A DNA stretch of 64,000 bases from an uncultured Chloroflexia bacterium. Lineage in GTDB: Bacteria; Chloroflexota; Anaerolineae; Anaerolineales; UBA4823. The notes beneath the pieces were generated by a model, which saw nothing but the letters and a program-made list of their open reading frames with translations, did not search any database and had not been told where the DNA came from. The stretch is from assembly GCA_963705155.1 (NCBI GenBank), contig CAVPJC010000014.1:136705-200704 (forward strand). Direction: 5' to 3'. Of this stretch, positions 30,475-41,614 are shown piece after piece. The position numbers and the translations under genes are program-made. Positions within the stretch are counted from its first letter, which is position 1. The number at the start of each line of letters is the position of its first letter.

Positions 30475-31817
30475 AACTGACTGTTACTCCGAATTATGCG
30501 CTCACAGGAAGTTACCAGCTTGCCGGTGATAAATCCCTCTCGCATCGGGCTGCTCTACTGGGGGCTATGGCTCATGGCGTTAGTGAGATTGATAATTTTC
30601 TCGTGGCAGGTGTAACTGACGCAATGTTGAAGGCGTTTACAGTTCTTCAGGTGCAATGGAAAATCGATGCTGACAGGTTGACCGTGCAAGGCGCCGGGCT
30701 GCAAGGCTGGTTACCATCTCGCGATGCCCTGGATTGTGGAAATTCTGCGACAACGATGCGTTTATTAGCCGGGGCGCTAGCAGCAGCAGGGTTGCCCGCA
30801 ATTTTGGATGGGTCTGATTCCCTGCGCAGACGCCCCATGAAACGCATCATTGAGCCGCTGGAACAAATGGGTGCAGAGATTAATGCCTCTGGTGGCTGTG
30901 CACCGCTCTTGATTTCAGCGCGAACCGTACCCTTAAAAGGCATCGATTATACAATGCCGGTTGCGAGCGCGGAGGTAAAATCCTGTGTGCTTCTGGCTGG
31001 CCTGGCAGCCAGGGGTGTGATCACACTGCGCGAGCCTGCTCCGTCCAGAGATCACACGGAACGAATGTTCCGAAGCATGGGGATTGAAATCGTTAGTGAT
31101 GTGGATGAGATTGCTGGCAGGCAAACATATGTTACCCGATTGTACCCTCCAGATGCAATAAATTTGCCAGCATTGAAACTGCGCTTGCCAGGCGACATCT
31201 CTGCTGCTGCCTTTTTGATAGTAGCGGGATTGATTACCCCTGGCTCTGATATTGTTCTCAGCCATGTCTGCCTGAATCCCACACGAACGGGATTGCTGGA
31301 TGCTTTAGTAAGTATGGGCGCACAGATAGAGATTGTCCCGCAGGGGGAGGAGCATGGGGAGCCGGTGGGAAATATTCGTGTTCGCTCCTCATCCTTGAAG
31401 GCAACCAGTGTATCCGGCGAGCTGGTCGTTCGGATGATCGACGAGTTCCCTGCTTTTGCAGTGGCAGCAGCCTATGCTTATGGAAAAACCAGCGTCTGTG
31501 ATGCGGAGGAGCTCCGGCATAAAGAATCCGACCGGATTCTGGCGCTTTGTGGTGAACTGCGTTCTCTGGGGATTCGGGCTGAGGAACAACAGGATGGTTT
31601 TGTCATTCAAGGAGGAAACCAACCTGAGGGAGGTGAGGTTGGCGCTCACAACGATCATCGCCTTGCAATGGCACTTTCTCTCGTAGGTTTAGCCTCCAAA
31701 CAATCTGTCATTGTGCATGGCGCAGAGATCATCGCCGAATCGTTCCCCAATTTTATCCAGGCATTAAACAGCCTGGGAGCGTGCACTTCGATTACGGACC
31801 AGGGTTGCAACGGATGA
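30471..31817 (+). CDS. aroA: EPSP synthase (class II-like)
   Basis: GDKSLSHR, LDCGNSATTMRL, RDHTE, NPTR, ELRHKESDR and DHRLAM motifs. Confidence 0.95.
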   Translation: MKLTVTPNYALTGSYQLAGDKSLSHRAALLGAMAHGVSEIDNFLVAGVTDAMLKAFTVLQVQWKIDADRLTVQGAGLQGWLPSRDALDCGNSATTMRLLAGALAAAGLPAILDGSDSLRRRPMKRIIEPLEQMGAEINASGGCAPLLISARTVPLKGIDYTMPVASAEVKSCVLLAGLAARGVITLREPAPSRDHTERMFRSMGIEIVSDVDEIAGRQTYVTRLYPPDAINLPALKLRLPGDISAAAFLIVAGLITPGSDIVLSHVCLNPTRTGLLDALVSMGAQIEIVPQGEEHGEPVGNIRVRSSSLKATSVSGELVVRMIDEFPAFAVAAAYAYGKTSVCDAEELRHKESDRILALCGELRSLGIRAEEQQDGFVIQGGNQPEGGEVGAHNDHRLAMALSLVGLASKQSVIVHGAEIIAESFPNFIQALNSLGACTSITDQGCNG

Positions 31818-32707
31818 ACTACCGCCTCGGCCTGGTTGGTTATCCACTGGATCACAGCATTTCGCCAGCGTTGCATAGCGCCGGGCTGGTCGCATTAGAA
31901 TTATCCGGGGAGTATATCCGATATCCAATCCCTGATCTACCGTCGGGATGGGACGGATTTGAATACTTGGTGAATCAGTTGAAGACCGGCGAGCTTGACG
32001 GGTTGAATGTTACCATTCCTTATAAGCAGATCATTATCCAATGGCTGGATGTACTGACGCCAACAGCAAAAGCAATTGGAGCAGTAAACACACTGTACTG
32101 CCGTGTCGATAAACTGGTTGGAGATAATACAGACGCTGGTGGTTTCTTGCTGGATCTTGAGAGGGTGTTCGGCAGCAAGGTTTGGCCAGTGGGCGATACC
32201 GGGTTACCCGGGACTGCTATGATACTGGGGGCGGGAGGTTCTGCGTGGGCAGTCGCTTACAGTCTAAATCGGGCCGGTTGGAGGCTGGCACTTGCAGCTC
32301 GAAATATTTCAAAAGCAGAAGACCTGGCTGTCAGCCTGGAGTTGAATACCTGTGAGATTGTCCATCTTTCACCTGAAGGAATCAAAAGCTTTCTGGAAAA
32401 CAATAATGCGGTTGTTGGCCTGGTGGTGAACACAACCCCACTGGGTATGTTCCCAGATTTGGAGAATAGTCCCTGGCCGATTGAAATTCCGCTGCCCGTT
32501 GAAGCTCGTATATATGATTTGGTGTACAATCCGAGAACGACTCGATTTGTTCTTAATGCTCAAACAACCGGCCATCGCTCGGCCAACGGTCTGGGGATGC
32601 TGGTAGAACAGGCAGCGTTGGCCCTGGAAATATGGACCGGTCAGCAGGTGCCCAGACAACCTATGTACACCGCGGCGGAACAGGCTCTCAACGAAATGAG
32701 ATCCTAA
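31814..32707 (+). CDS. aroE: Shikimate dehydrogenase
   Basis: HSISPALH, GLNVTIPYK, GAVNT, NTD, GAGGSA and DLVYNP motifs. Confidence 0.95.
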   Translation: MNYRLGLVGYPLDHSISPALHSAGLVALELSGEYIRYPIPDLPSGWDGFEYLVNQLKTGELDGLNVTIPYKQIIIQWLDVLTPTAKAIGAVNTLYCRVDKLVGDNTDAGGFLLDLERVFGSKVWPVGDTGLPGTAMILGAGGSAWAVAYSLNRAGWRLALAARNISKAEDLAVSLELNTCEIVHLSPEGIKSFLENNNAVVGLVVNTTPLGMFPDLENSPWPIEIPLPVEARIYDLVYNPRTTRFVLNAQTTGHRSANGLGMLVEQAALALEIWTGQQVPRQPMYTAAEQALNEMRS

Positions 32708-32727
32708 TCTATGGAGTATGACATTAC

Positions 32728-33891
32728 ATGAAAACGCGAGCACAGCGTTTAAATAGCACATCCATGCAATTCTTTGCGACAGCAAATGAAAAAATACGCG
32801 CCCTTACGGCAGCCGGAAAGGATGTGATTCGCCTGGACATCGGATCGCCAGATCTTCCTCCACCGGTCCATATCCTGAATGCATTGACCCGATCAGCAGC
32901 ACAAGATGATAATCATGGCTACCAACCACACAATGCGACTGATGAGCTTCGAAAAGCCTGGGCTCATATGTATCATCAGAACTATCAGGTGGAATTAGAT
33001 CCGGCCAGTAAAATTCTCCCCTTGATGGGCTCAAAAGAAGGCATCTTTCATCTGCTCCTGGCTTTGATCGATCCCGGTGATGTGGTTTTGATCCCTGATC
33101 CGGGTTATCTCACCTATTCGCAGGGCACGTTGGTGAGTGGCGGCGAACCGTATTTTCTGCCTCTACAGGCTGCCAATGGTTACCTGCCAGACCTGAATGC
33201 TATACCAGAAGAAATTGCGCGCAGAGCGAGGTTACTCTGGCTCAATTATCCCAATAACCCCACTGCGGCGACGGCTCCACCTGAATTTTTTCAGAAGGCG
33301 GTAGAATTCGGGCATGAATACGATCTCCTGGTATGCCACGATGCTGCTTATGGGCAGGTGGCCTTTGATGGTTACAAAGCGCCAAGCTTGATGCAGATAC
33401 CGGGGGCACCGGAAGTGTCGGTTGAATTCAACACCCTTTCAAAATCACATAATATGGCTGGCTGGCGTGTCGGGGTAGCGGTTGGCAATCCACAGGTATT
33501 AAAATCCCTCTATATGTTGAAAACGAATGCAGATAGTGGACATTTTTTGCCTGTACTACACGCGGGCACAATGGCGCTCATGGGTGACCAGAGCTGGTTA
33601 GCCGATCGGAACAAAATTTACGAGCAACGACGGGATATCACCGTTGAGAACCTGCACTCTATGGGCTTGACGGCTGAAAAACCACGGGCATCTATCTATG
33701 TCTGGTGCCCGGTGCCGGATGGCTGGTTGTGTGAACCGTTTGCTGAGCACCTGCTTGAGAATGCGCATGTCAGTGTCGCGCCTGGAACGGTGTTCGGTCA
33801 GCAGGGGGAGGGTTATTTCCGGATCGCGCTGACGGCACCCGGGTATCGGATACAAGAAGCCATGCAGCGGATCGCTCAATCGATAAGGTAA
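32728..33891 (+). CDS. PLP-dependent class I/II aminotransferase (LL-DAP aminotransferase-like)
   Basis: GSKEG, NYPNNPT, HDAAY and LSKSHNMAGWRVG motifs. Confidence 0.9.
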   Translation: MKTRAQRLNSTSMQFFATANEKIRALTAAGKDVIRLDIGSPDLPPPVHILNALTRSAAQDDNHGYQPHNATDELRKAWAHMYHQNYQVELDPASKILPLMGSKEGIFHLLLALIDPGDVVLIPDPGYLTYSQGTLVSGGEPYFLPLQAANGYLPDLNAIPEEIARRARLLWLNYPNNPTAATAPPEFFQKAVEFGHEYDLLVCHDAAYGQVAFDGYKAPSLMQIPGAPEVSVEFNTLSKSHNMAGWRVGVAVGNPQVLKSLYMLKTNADSGHFLPVLHAGTMALMGDQSWLADRNKIYEQRRDITVENLHSMGLTAEKPRASIYVWCPVPDGWLCEPFAEHLLENAHVSVAPGTVFGQQGEGYFRIALTAPGYRIQEAMQRIAQSIR

Positions 33892-33905
33892 ATTAGAAGA
33901 GGCCT

Positions 33906-35075
33906 ATGACTTTACGATTTCTAACTTCAGGTGAATCTCATGGTCCAGGATTAACGGCAATTTTGGAAGGAATGCCAGCCGGACTACTGCTCGATGAGGC
34001 GATGATCAACCGGGAACTCGCCCGGCGCCAACAGGGCTTTGGGGCGGGTCCTCGAATGAAAATCGAACAAGACACAGTGCGTATCCTGGGTGGCACCATG
34101 GAAGGGAAGACAATCGGGGCGCCGATCGCTTTGTACATTGAAAACCTGGATCATGTCCGTTGGCGAGGTCGATTGGTGGCGCCATTCAGCATACCACGTC
34201 CGGGGCATGCTGACCTGACCGGAGCAGTTAAGTATGGCTACACCGATCTGAGGCCGGCGCTGGAACGAGCTTCGGCACGAGAGACTGCAGCCCGTGTGGC
34301 CGTGGGAGCGGTATGCAAACGACTGTTATCTCAATTCGGTATTCAGATCGGAGGATATGTTATCGCGATTGGGGCGATTACTGCAGAACTGAGCGGTCTT
34401 GATTATGCCAGGCGGTTTGAATTGGCCGAGAGCTCAGACGTTCGTTGTCCCGAACCTGGCGCAGCGGAGTTGATGCGCGCCAGCATTCGCCAGATCATGT
34501 TGGAGAAGGACACCCTGGGTGGTGTTCTTGAAGTTGTCGCCCTGGGTGTACCCCCGGGGCTTGGCTCACATGTTCATTGGGACAGGCGGCTGGAAGGCCG
34601 GTTGAGCGCAGCGGTGATGAGCGTGCCGGCAATCAAGGGAGTGGAGGTTGGACCAGCCTTTGAAAATGCCCGTTTGAAAGGCACCCAGGTTCATGATGCC
34701 ATCCGGCTGGAAGGGTCGAATCTCACGCGCCCGACGGACCGCTCCGGCGGCCTGGAAGGCGGTATCACGACGGGGCAGCCGCTGATATTGCGTGTAGCCA
34801 TGAAACCGATTGCCACAACCCTGACACCGCAGTTATCTGTTGATCTGGCCAGTGGGGTAGAAGTGCCAACACAATATGAGCGGTCGGATTTTTGTCCTGT
34901 GCCGCGCGCTGTGCCAATCCTGGAGGCGATGATTGCGTTCATTCTGGCCGATGCAGTTATTGAAAAACTGGGCGGGGATTCGTTGGACGAAATGCTGCCC
35001 AGATGGGCCAGCATGCGTAGGGCCAGCCTGGATGATTTGCGCATAGACGGTAGCGAGCATGAATGGTGGGCTTAG
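33906..35075 (+). CDS. aroC: Chorismate synthase
   Basis: LTSGESHG, RPGHAD, ERASARETA, MKPI and ERSD motifs. Confidence 0.96.
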   Translation: MTLRFLTSGESHGPGLTAILEGMPAGLLLDEAMINRELARRQQGFGAGPRMKIEQDTVRILGGTMEGKTIGAPIALYIENLDHVRWRGRLVAPFSIPRPGHADLTGAVKYGYTDLRPALERASARETAARVAVGAVCKRLLSQFGIQIGGYVIAIGAITAELSGLDYARRFELAESSDVRCPEPGAAELMRASIRQIMLEKDTLGGVLEVVALGVPPGLGSHVHWDRRLEGRLSAAVMSVPAIKGVEVGPAFENARLKGTQVHDAIRLEGSNLTRPTDRSGGLEGGITTGQPLILRVAMKPIATTLTPQLSVDLASGVEVPTQYERSDFCPVPRAVPILEAMIAFILADAVIEKLGGDSLDEMLPRWASMRRASLDDLRIDGSEHEWWA

Positions 35076-35102
35076 ACAAGATAGCATAAGGCATATTTAT
35101 TC

Positions 35103-36675
35103 ATGGACCGGCAAAATGTCAACCGTTTCATATTTCTCTATGGACCACCTGGCGCAGGAAAGAGCAGCGTTGGACGCCGCCTGGCAAAGGTGCTGGAAGT
35201 CCCCTTCTGTGATCTTGATGGTGAAATCGAGTTATTCAGCCGGATGTCGATCGAAGAGATTTTTTCAAGAGATGGCGAAGGCGTTTTTCGCCGGTTGGAA
35301 AAAGCTGCTCTGGAACGAATTGTAGAATCGGGCGATGGGGTGGTGGCATTAGGAGGTGGTGCTCTGCTGGACGAATCCAGCCGTAGCCTGGTAGAAAAAC
35401 GTGGGAAGGGTTTACTTTTTGGATTCCCCATATGATGTCTTGAAAATGCGGTTACAGGATGGGCCAGTACGACCGTTAATACAGGGAGATGCCGGAGAGC
35501 GGTTAAGAAAGTTGTTGGAGAACCGTGTGGAACATTATTGCTCCTTTTCTCAAAGGATTGACACTTCAACTCAATCCATTGATGCTGTCGTTTATGAGAT
35601 TCAGATCAGATCGGGCTGGTTCCGAGTGCATGGAATGGCGACGTCTTACGGGGTCTATGTAGTCTCCGGTGGATTGAGCGAAATTGGGGATCTGTTTGCG
35701 AGAAATGGATTGAAAGGCCCCGTAGTTCTTGTCACCGATGATCATGTGGCAGGCTTTCATGCGGGCACAGTGATCGATTCGCTTCAAGCAAGCGGTATTG
35801 GGGTCACAATGTGTGTTATTCCGGCGGGTGAGCGGTATAAAACGGTGAAGACCGTGGAAACACTTTGGAAGCATTTCCTGGCAGCCGGGGTTGAACGAAG
35901 CAGCACTATCATTGCTCTTGGCGGCGGGGTTGTAGGCGATCTGACTGGTTTTGCAGCCGCTACGTACTTACGCGGGGTTGCCTGGGTAGCCTTGCCGACC
36001 ACTTTGTTGGCGATGGTAGATGCCAGCATAGGTGGGAAAACAGGCGCAGATCTGCCGGAGGGGAAAAACCTGGTGGGGGCATTCCACCCACCCCGCCTAA
36101 TTTTAACGGATCCACAAACTCTGAAATCATTACCTGGCGAGGAATTGCGTAGCGGGTTGGCTGAGGTAGTGAAACATGGTGTGATCGGTGATCCTGATTT
36201 ATTCATATTGTGCACCCACCCTGACTCCATGAAAGACCCCCAGATTCTTGACGAAATCGTACGGCGGGCGATAGCAGTAAAAATCCGAGTTATCCAGGCA
36301 GATCCGTACGAGAAGGGTATCCGTGCTGCACTCAATCTGGGACACACGTTAGGCCATGCAATCGAATCGGTATCGGGTTACCATTTGCGGCACGGAGAAG
36401 CAGTAGCGATTGGTATGGTAGCAGCGGCTCGCCTTGCGGAGAAGGAAGGGATCGCTTCTCCCGGTTTGGCGCAGAAAATTGAGGCCGTTCTGATAGGCCT
36501 GGGGTTGCCAACACACATCCCACGCGATCTTCCAGTCGACAAAATTTTACAAGCTATGCGTGTAGACAAAAAAAAGTTGGATGGCAGCCTTCGATTTGTT
36601 CTACCGGTGCAAATCGGCGAGGTAGTCACTGGTATCAGCGTGGATGAAGCCCATATCCTGGAGGAGCTTTTATGA
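35103..36675 (+). CDS. aroB: Shikimate kinase / 3-dehydroquinate synthase fusion (AroK-AroB); frameshift ~35405
   Basis: GPPGAGKS, DLD and FRRLE (AroK) continue into GGGVVGD, PTTLLAMVDASIGGK and LNLGHT (AroB). Confidence 0.88.
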
Positions 36676-37112
36676 AATCTGTGTTGATATTGCATGGGCC
36701 GAACTTGAATTTATTGGGCAGCCGTGAACCAGATGTATATGGATTACTCACTCTGGACGATATCAATTCCCGGTTAGTAAAACTTGGCGCCGATCTCGGG
36801 GTGGGTGTCCGAACTTTTCAATCCAATCATGAGGGAGAACTGGTGGATGCGCTCCAGGAAGCTCGCAACTGGGCTGCAGGAGTTGTTTTTAATCCAGCTG
36901 GATATACTCACACCTCGGTCACACTGCGAGATACGGTCGCTTCAATTGGTATTCCCGTGGTTGAAGTGCATCTATCCAATGTATATGCGCGCGAACCATT
37001 TCGTCACTTTTCGTACCTTTCGCCGGTGTGTGTGGGAAAAATCAGCGGTTTTGGGTGGCGATCGTACCTACTCGGGCTTCAAGCTCTGGCGTGGATATTG
37101 GAAGCAGATTAG
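36672..37112 (+). CDS. aroQ: Type II 3-dehydroquinate dehydratase
   Basis: HGPNLNLLGSREPDVYG, QSNHEG, NPAGYTHTS and EVHLSN motifs. Confidence 0.96.
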   Translation: MKSVLILHGPNLNLLGSREPDVYGLLTLDDINSRLVKLGADLGVGVRTFQSNHEGELVDALQEARNWAAGVVFNPAGYTHTSVTLRDTVASIGIPVVEVHLSNVYAREPFRHFSYLSPVCVGKISGFGWRSYLLGLQALAWILEAD

Positions 37113-37175
37113 GAACCAGCCATTTGGTTATCCAAAATTTCTTCTGCGTACCGGTAAGTGAGATTTAATAGAAAC

Positions 37176-37203
37176 AAAAACCACCCTTATATAAAAAGGG
37201 TGG
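37176..37203 (-). terminator. Intrinsic terminator downstream of the tRNA
   Basis: CCACCCTT/AAGGGTGG stem, with an A-run on + (U-run on -). Confidence 0.65.
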
Positions 37204-37214
37204 CGTCGGGATCA

Positions 37215-37287
37215 TACCCCCACCGCGAACTCGAACGTGGGCCTTTGCCTCCGGAGGGCAACGCTCTATCCACTGAGCTATGGGGGC
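37215..37287 (-). tRNA. tRNA-Arg(CCG), CCA not encoded
   Basis: Minus strand GCCCCCATAGCTCAGTGGATAGAGCG-TTGCC-CTCCGGA-GGCAA...TTCGAG...TGGGGGTA. The T-arm is slightly irregular, probably from a sequencing error. Confidence 0.9.
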
Positions 37288-37350
37288 GTTTTTCGGACAG
37301 CGGAATTTTACCATGAGAAAGACGGCTTGCAAATAGCCTGGATCAAACCG

Positions 37351-38353
37351 TCAATCACCAAAGAGGGATAAAGATAATCGGGCCAGTTCGGACCGAAGTT
37401 TTTCAATGATGAGCGTGTTGCCATCCTCTTCACCCATTCTGGTACGCTGATGTTTTTTATGGGCAAGCTCCGCGGTAAGTTGGTAGAACTGGTTAGTGGC
37501 AAGGTATTTTCCATTTGCAAGGCTTGAAAAACGGGCAGCGCTTTGCGCCAGCGCAGAACAAGCGGTTCGATATTGAGCTGGACTGATAATGCCCATCTGC
37601 ACTTCTTCTTCTAATTGGGTTTGCAAAGTACGTTGTTCTTGAAGGATGGCAAATATAATTACCCCCAGCATAAATAACCAGCCTGTCCAATCAACGGCGG
37701 TGCTGATGATCAGCCCTCCGACGCCGGAGAGAAAACTGGCTAATGTATTGTGAAATGCGTGGGTGAATACAGCGATGCACCAGCCCAGTCCGGGGGCGAT
37801 GATTTTTATCGGCAGGTTTTGATTAAGTCGGGAAATTGCCAGGCCAATACCGATGAATGCCGTATAGAAGGGGTGCTGCCAACCCACCAGAATCACCCGG
37901 ACGAAGATCAGAGTTAAAAAGACCCTGAAAGCCATTTTCCTGATAACCATACTGGAAAATATAAAATGAATTTTCGGTTGCAGCAAATCCAAGCGCGGTG
38001 ATGCCAGCATAGACAATTCCATCCAAAACTGAATCAAATTCGTTCCGAAAGAATAGAAACACGGCCAGTACTGCCAGGCCCTTGACGCTTTCTTCGATGA
38101 TGGGAGCGATGAAGGTACCTGTAGTGAGATCCGTAAAAAGTTCTGAATTGGTTACGAGAAAAACGCTCAATCCAAGAACTGTGTTTACCAGAAACGCCGC
38201 CCCGGCTGCCACGACTGCCCCCCACAGAAATACACCGACCAACATTGCTCCCGGTTCTTTTTCATACCTGTCCAACCAATAGACGAACCAGGCAAAAAAG
38301 AACATTGGAATGACGCCGAAGAAAATCGATAACACTATACCCACGATAACCAC
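37351..38353 (-). CDS. PrsW-family intramembrane glutamic metalloprotease; frameshift ~37915
   Basis: DRYEKEP, APIIEESVKG, GFAATEN, HPFYTAFIG and HAFHN motifs across two overlapping ORFs. Confidence 0.88.
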
Positions 38354-38402
38354 CCTTCACGGATCGCCAGGGAGTAAATCTACACTCAGTTCACCAAAAT
38401 AT

Positions 38403-39026
38403 TTATGAAAAATTCAGGCGGCTGCGATGAACCCGCGCTGCCGTTGGATCACCGCCCAGGGCCAGGATTACTTCTTCTGGTCTTCCGGTCGCGCCATTGC
38501 GGGCTGCCAGTAATGCAATCATACGTTGACAGCCATCTGGATCGGGCGAGACCAGGCGTAATTCGTGGATAAGCGGGCGCAGGTTGTAGGTCTTTCCCTG
38601 GCGCTGGCGGATCAATTCACTGGTTTTTAGCAACTCATTAACCCGCTCAGCTAGTTCAGGCAGGTGTTCCAGCAAGGTGATCTCGTATTCAGAAGATTCC
38701 AAGGTTGCCTGAAGAGCAGGCAAGCTAGCCTCTACCTCGAGAATCTGTTCGATCCGAATGCCGGGTGGGGCGGCTTGGTTAAGGGAATCCAGAATTTCCG
38801 AGAGATCGCTGACTTGTTCCAGGTATATGTCTACAATTTCTGCGCTGCTGGTAAAACCGAGGGGTAAGGCGCACGCCAGATTGATACGCGGATGGGGTTT
38901 GAATCCCTGGCTGTAAGCCAGCGGCAACCCGGAGCGGCGGACGGTGCGCTCCCAGGTTTTGTGTAAATCCAGGTGCCCGGTGTAACGCATATCGTTGGTC
39001 TTGGAGAAATGGATTCGGATGCGCAT
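38403..39026 (-). CDS. Radical SAM-linked protein (DUF2344/TIGR03936-like)
   Basis: RYTGHLDL..WERTVRRSGLPLAYSQGFKPHPRI motif. Follows the radical SAM gene. Confidence 0.88.
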   Translation of the reverse strand: MRIRIHFSKTNDMRYTGHLDLHKTWERTVRRSGLPLAYSQGFKPHPRINLACALPLGFTSSAEIVDIYLEQVSDLSEILDSLNQAAPPGIRIEQILEVEASLPALQATLESSEYEITLLEHLPELAERVNELLKTSELIRQRQGKTYNLRPLIHELRLVSPDPDGCQRMIALLAARNGATGRPEEVILALGGDPTAARVHRSRLNFS

Positions 39027-39036
39027 AGGCAAAAGA

Positions 39037-40972
39037 TCAATCGTTGAAAATAATATCACTTTGTGAGATTAATGCGGTCACGGGAATTTTTTTGTTTTTT
39101 ACTTCGGGACACTGCCAGACTTCGCCTGGATTTTCTCGTCGAATGTCAGCAAAGGTTGGCAGGATGCCACACGCAAAACAACGTTGGCGGCAATCCACCC
39201 TGGTTTTTCCTCGCAAGCTCCACAAATAATCCTCTGTGAGGAATTTTTTTCTCACCGACGTATTGATGTGCTCCCAGGGGAAGGTCTCATCGATGGGACG
39301 TTCGCGATGGGTGTAGAATGCCGGATCAAGGCCAATAATTTGAAAAGCTTGCAGCCAGGCATTGTAATTGAAGTGTTCATTCCAGGCGTCAAAGCGCGCT
39401 CCATGTTTCCATGCCTGGTAAACGACCTCAGCCATACGGCGATCTCCTCGAGAGAGCCAGGCTTCCAGCATCGTATCTTGTGGCGAATTCCAGGTCATTT
39501 TGAGGCCATGACCTCGCAGTTGTCGCTTGAGCAAATCCTGTTTTAACAGGATTTGCTCCATGGTATCACAAGGCACCCATTGGAAGGGCGTATGGGGTTT
39601 GGGAACAAACGTGCTGATGCCTGCATTTACCTGTGCCCGTTTACCGATTACTTTGCGGCCTTCAGCGAGCACGGCTTTGCACAAGTCTGCAATTGCCTGG
39701 ACATCCTCCAGCGTTTCAGAGGGGTGACCAATCATAAAATACAGTTTGATGGTACTCCAACCACGTGAGAATATTGCCTGTGCTGTTTCCAACAGCTGGG
39801 CTGTGCTGACTGGTTTATTGATGATCTCCCTCATACGCTCTGTGGCAGCCTCAGGCGCCAGCGTAAAGCCGCCACGGCGTGCATCTTTGAGCGCATCCAT
39901 CAATTCAACCGAAAATGACTCGATGCGCAGAGATGGAAGCGAGATCGAGAGATGCTCGGAGCTGAATTCTCGCTGACTTCGTTGACCAATTCGAGTATAT
40001 TCGTATAGTCAGAGGACGATAAGGAGAGCAGGCCAATCTCTTCAAAACCGGTCGCATGAATTGCCGCCTCAATAGCATTCACCACCTCGGAAACCGGGCG
40101 TTCGCGCACAGGCCTTGTAATCATGCCGGCATGGCAAAAACGGCATCCGCGTGTGCATCCCCGCATTATCTCCACCGGAATACGATTATGAACCGTATCG
40201 ATATATGGAACGATCAAATTTGTGGGGGGTGGAGGAAGCCTGGGAACAATGCGTTTAACGATGCTCGCAGGAGCCAGCTCGTCCAGTTTAGTAATTCTCG
40301 CAAATGTGCCGTCCTGATGATATGTAGCTTCATAGAGCGAAGGCACATAGACTCCCCAAATCTGGGACAGGGAACGCAGCAATTCACCCCGTGAGGCCTT
40401 GCTTCGGCGCCATACCTGGTGAGCAGCTATGATGTCGTGGATAACTTCTTCGCCTTCACCAATGACGAACGCATCAATAAACGCAAACATTGGTTCGGGA
40501 TTATAGGTGGAGTGCCCGCCTGCAATAACTAAAGGGTGAAACTCATGCCGGTCAGCAGAAAATATGGGTATCCCGCCCAAATCCAGGGCATTCAGGGTGT
40601 TGGTGTAGAGGGTTTCATAGGGCAATGAAAAACCGATAATATCAAAATCGGAGAGGGCATGCTTGCTTTCCAGGCTATACAACGGTACCTGGTTGGCACG
40701 CAGGGCGTTCTCCATATCGATCCAGGGGCTGAAGGCGCGTTCCGCCAGGCTGTCCTGGCGATTGTTGATCAACTCGTAAAGAATCGCCAATCCCAGGTTG
40801 GACATACCAAGATCGTACAAATCAGGAAAGATCAAAGCGATATGGGTATCTACACTGCCCCAGTTTTTTAAACCTGATTGTACTCTCCTCCGGTATACCG
40901 GCCAGGTTTTTGTAGTGTGGGAAGAATACGTTCGAGACGTGTTGTGATTTGTTCGGGGGTTTTTATTGTCAT
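39037..40972 (-). CDS. B12-binding radical SAM protein (TIGR03960-like); frameshifts ~40870 and ~39965
   Basis: KPGRYTGGEYN, FPDLYDLGMSNLG, RGCTRGCRFC (CxxxCxxC) and FVPKPHTPFQW motifs. Confidence 0.88.
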
Positions 40973-41059
40973 AATTTTATCCATAGAAAACAGTAAGAAG
41001 GTCAATAATTATATCAGACAAAAATACACTAAAATTGTGCGATTAGCCAGGCATCAATA

Positions 41060-41093
41060 AAGGACCGGCTCAGTATGAATGAGGCCGGTCCTT
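41060..41093 (-). terminator. Hairpin downstream of ndk
   Basis: AAGGACCGGC...GCCGGTCCTT inverted repeat. Confidence 0.55.
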
Positions 41094-41138
41094 GTGATTT
41101 TATTTGGCTATTTTATTCGGATACCAATTCGAAAGAGA

Positions 41139-41606
41139 TTATTTTTTCTCGAAGATCCAACGGTCGGCTGCGCGTTCCCATGAGACCAGCTCGCTCTCTT
41201 TAAACCACAGGGCCACTTCTTTCTCACCGTTATCGACCGAATTGGAGGCATGGGTCAGATTGCGGCCAACTTCGAGGGCGAAATCATGACGTAATGAACC
41301 GGGAGCAGCCTCTGTAGGACGGGTTGATCCCATGGTCTGCCGCACAGCTGCAACCGCGTTGGGTCCTTCCCATGCCATCGCCATCACAGGTGAAGAAGTA
41401 ATGTACCGGATCAGGCCTTCATAGAACGACTTGCCTTTGTGAACGGCATAATGTGTTTCGGCGAGCTCCAGGCTGACATCCATAAATCGAGCTGCTACCA
41501 GACGCAATCCACGGCGTTCGAGGCGAGAAATTACCTCTCCGACCAGGCCGCGTTGAACACCATCTGGTTTGACTAAAACCAATGTCTTTTCCACAATTTC
41601 CTCCAA
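41139..41606 (-). CDS. ndk: Nucleoside diphosphate kinase
   Basis: KPDGVQRGLVGEVI, HY, PGSLR and NLTHASNS (catalytic His) motifs. Confidence 0.96.
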   Translation of the reverse strand: MEEIVEKTLVLVKPDGVQRGLVGEVISRLERRGLRLVAARFMDVSLELAETHYAVHKGKSFYEGLIRYITSSPVMAMAWEGPNAVAAVRQTMGSTRPTEAAPGSLRHDFALEVGRNLTHASNSVDNGEKEVALWFKESELVSWERAADRWIFEKK

Positions 41607-41614
41607 AAAAGAGT

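Noticed and set aside
37215-37287. tRNA-Arg as integration site of a mobile element
   Set aside because: No integrase or duplicated tRNA 3' end was seen, and the flanks are housekeeping genes.
37351-38353. PrsW-family protease as the sortase for the PTAVTL signal
   Set aside because: It is not linked to the substrate gene, and PrsW proteins are widespread with other roles. The sequence gives no support.
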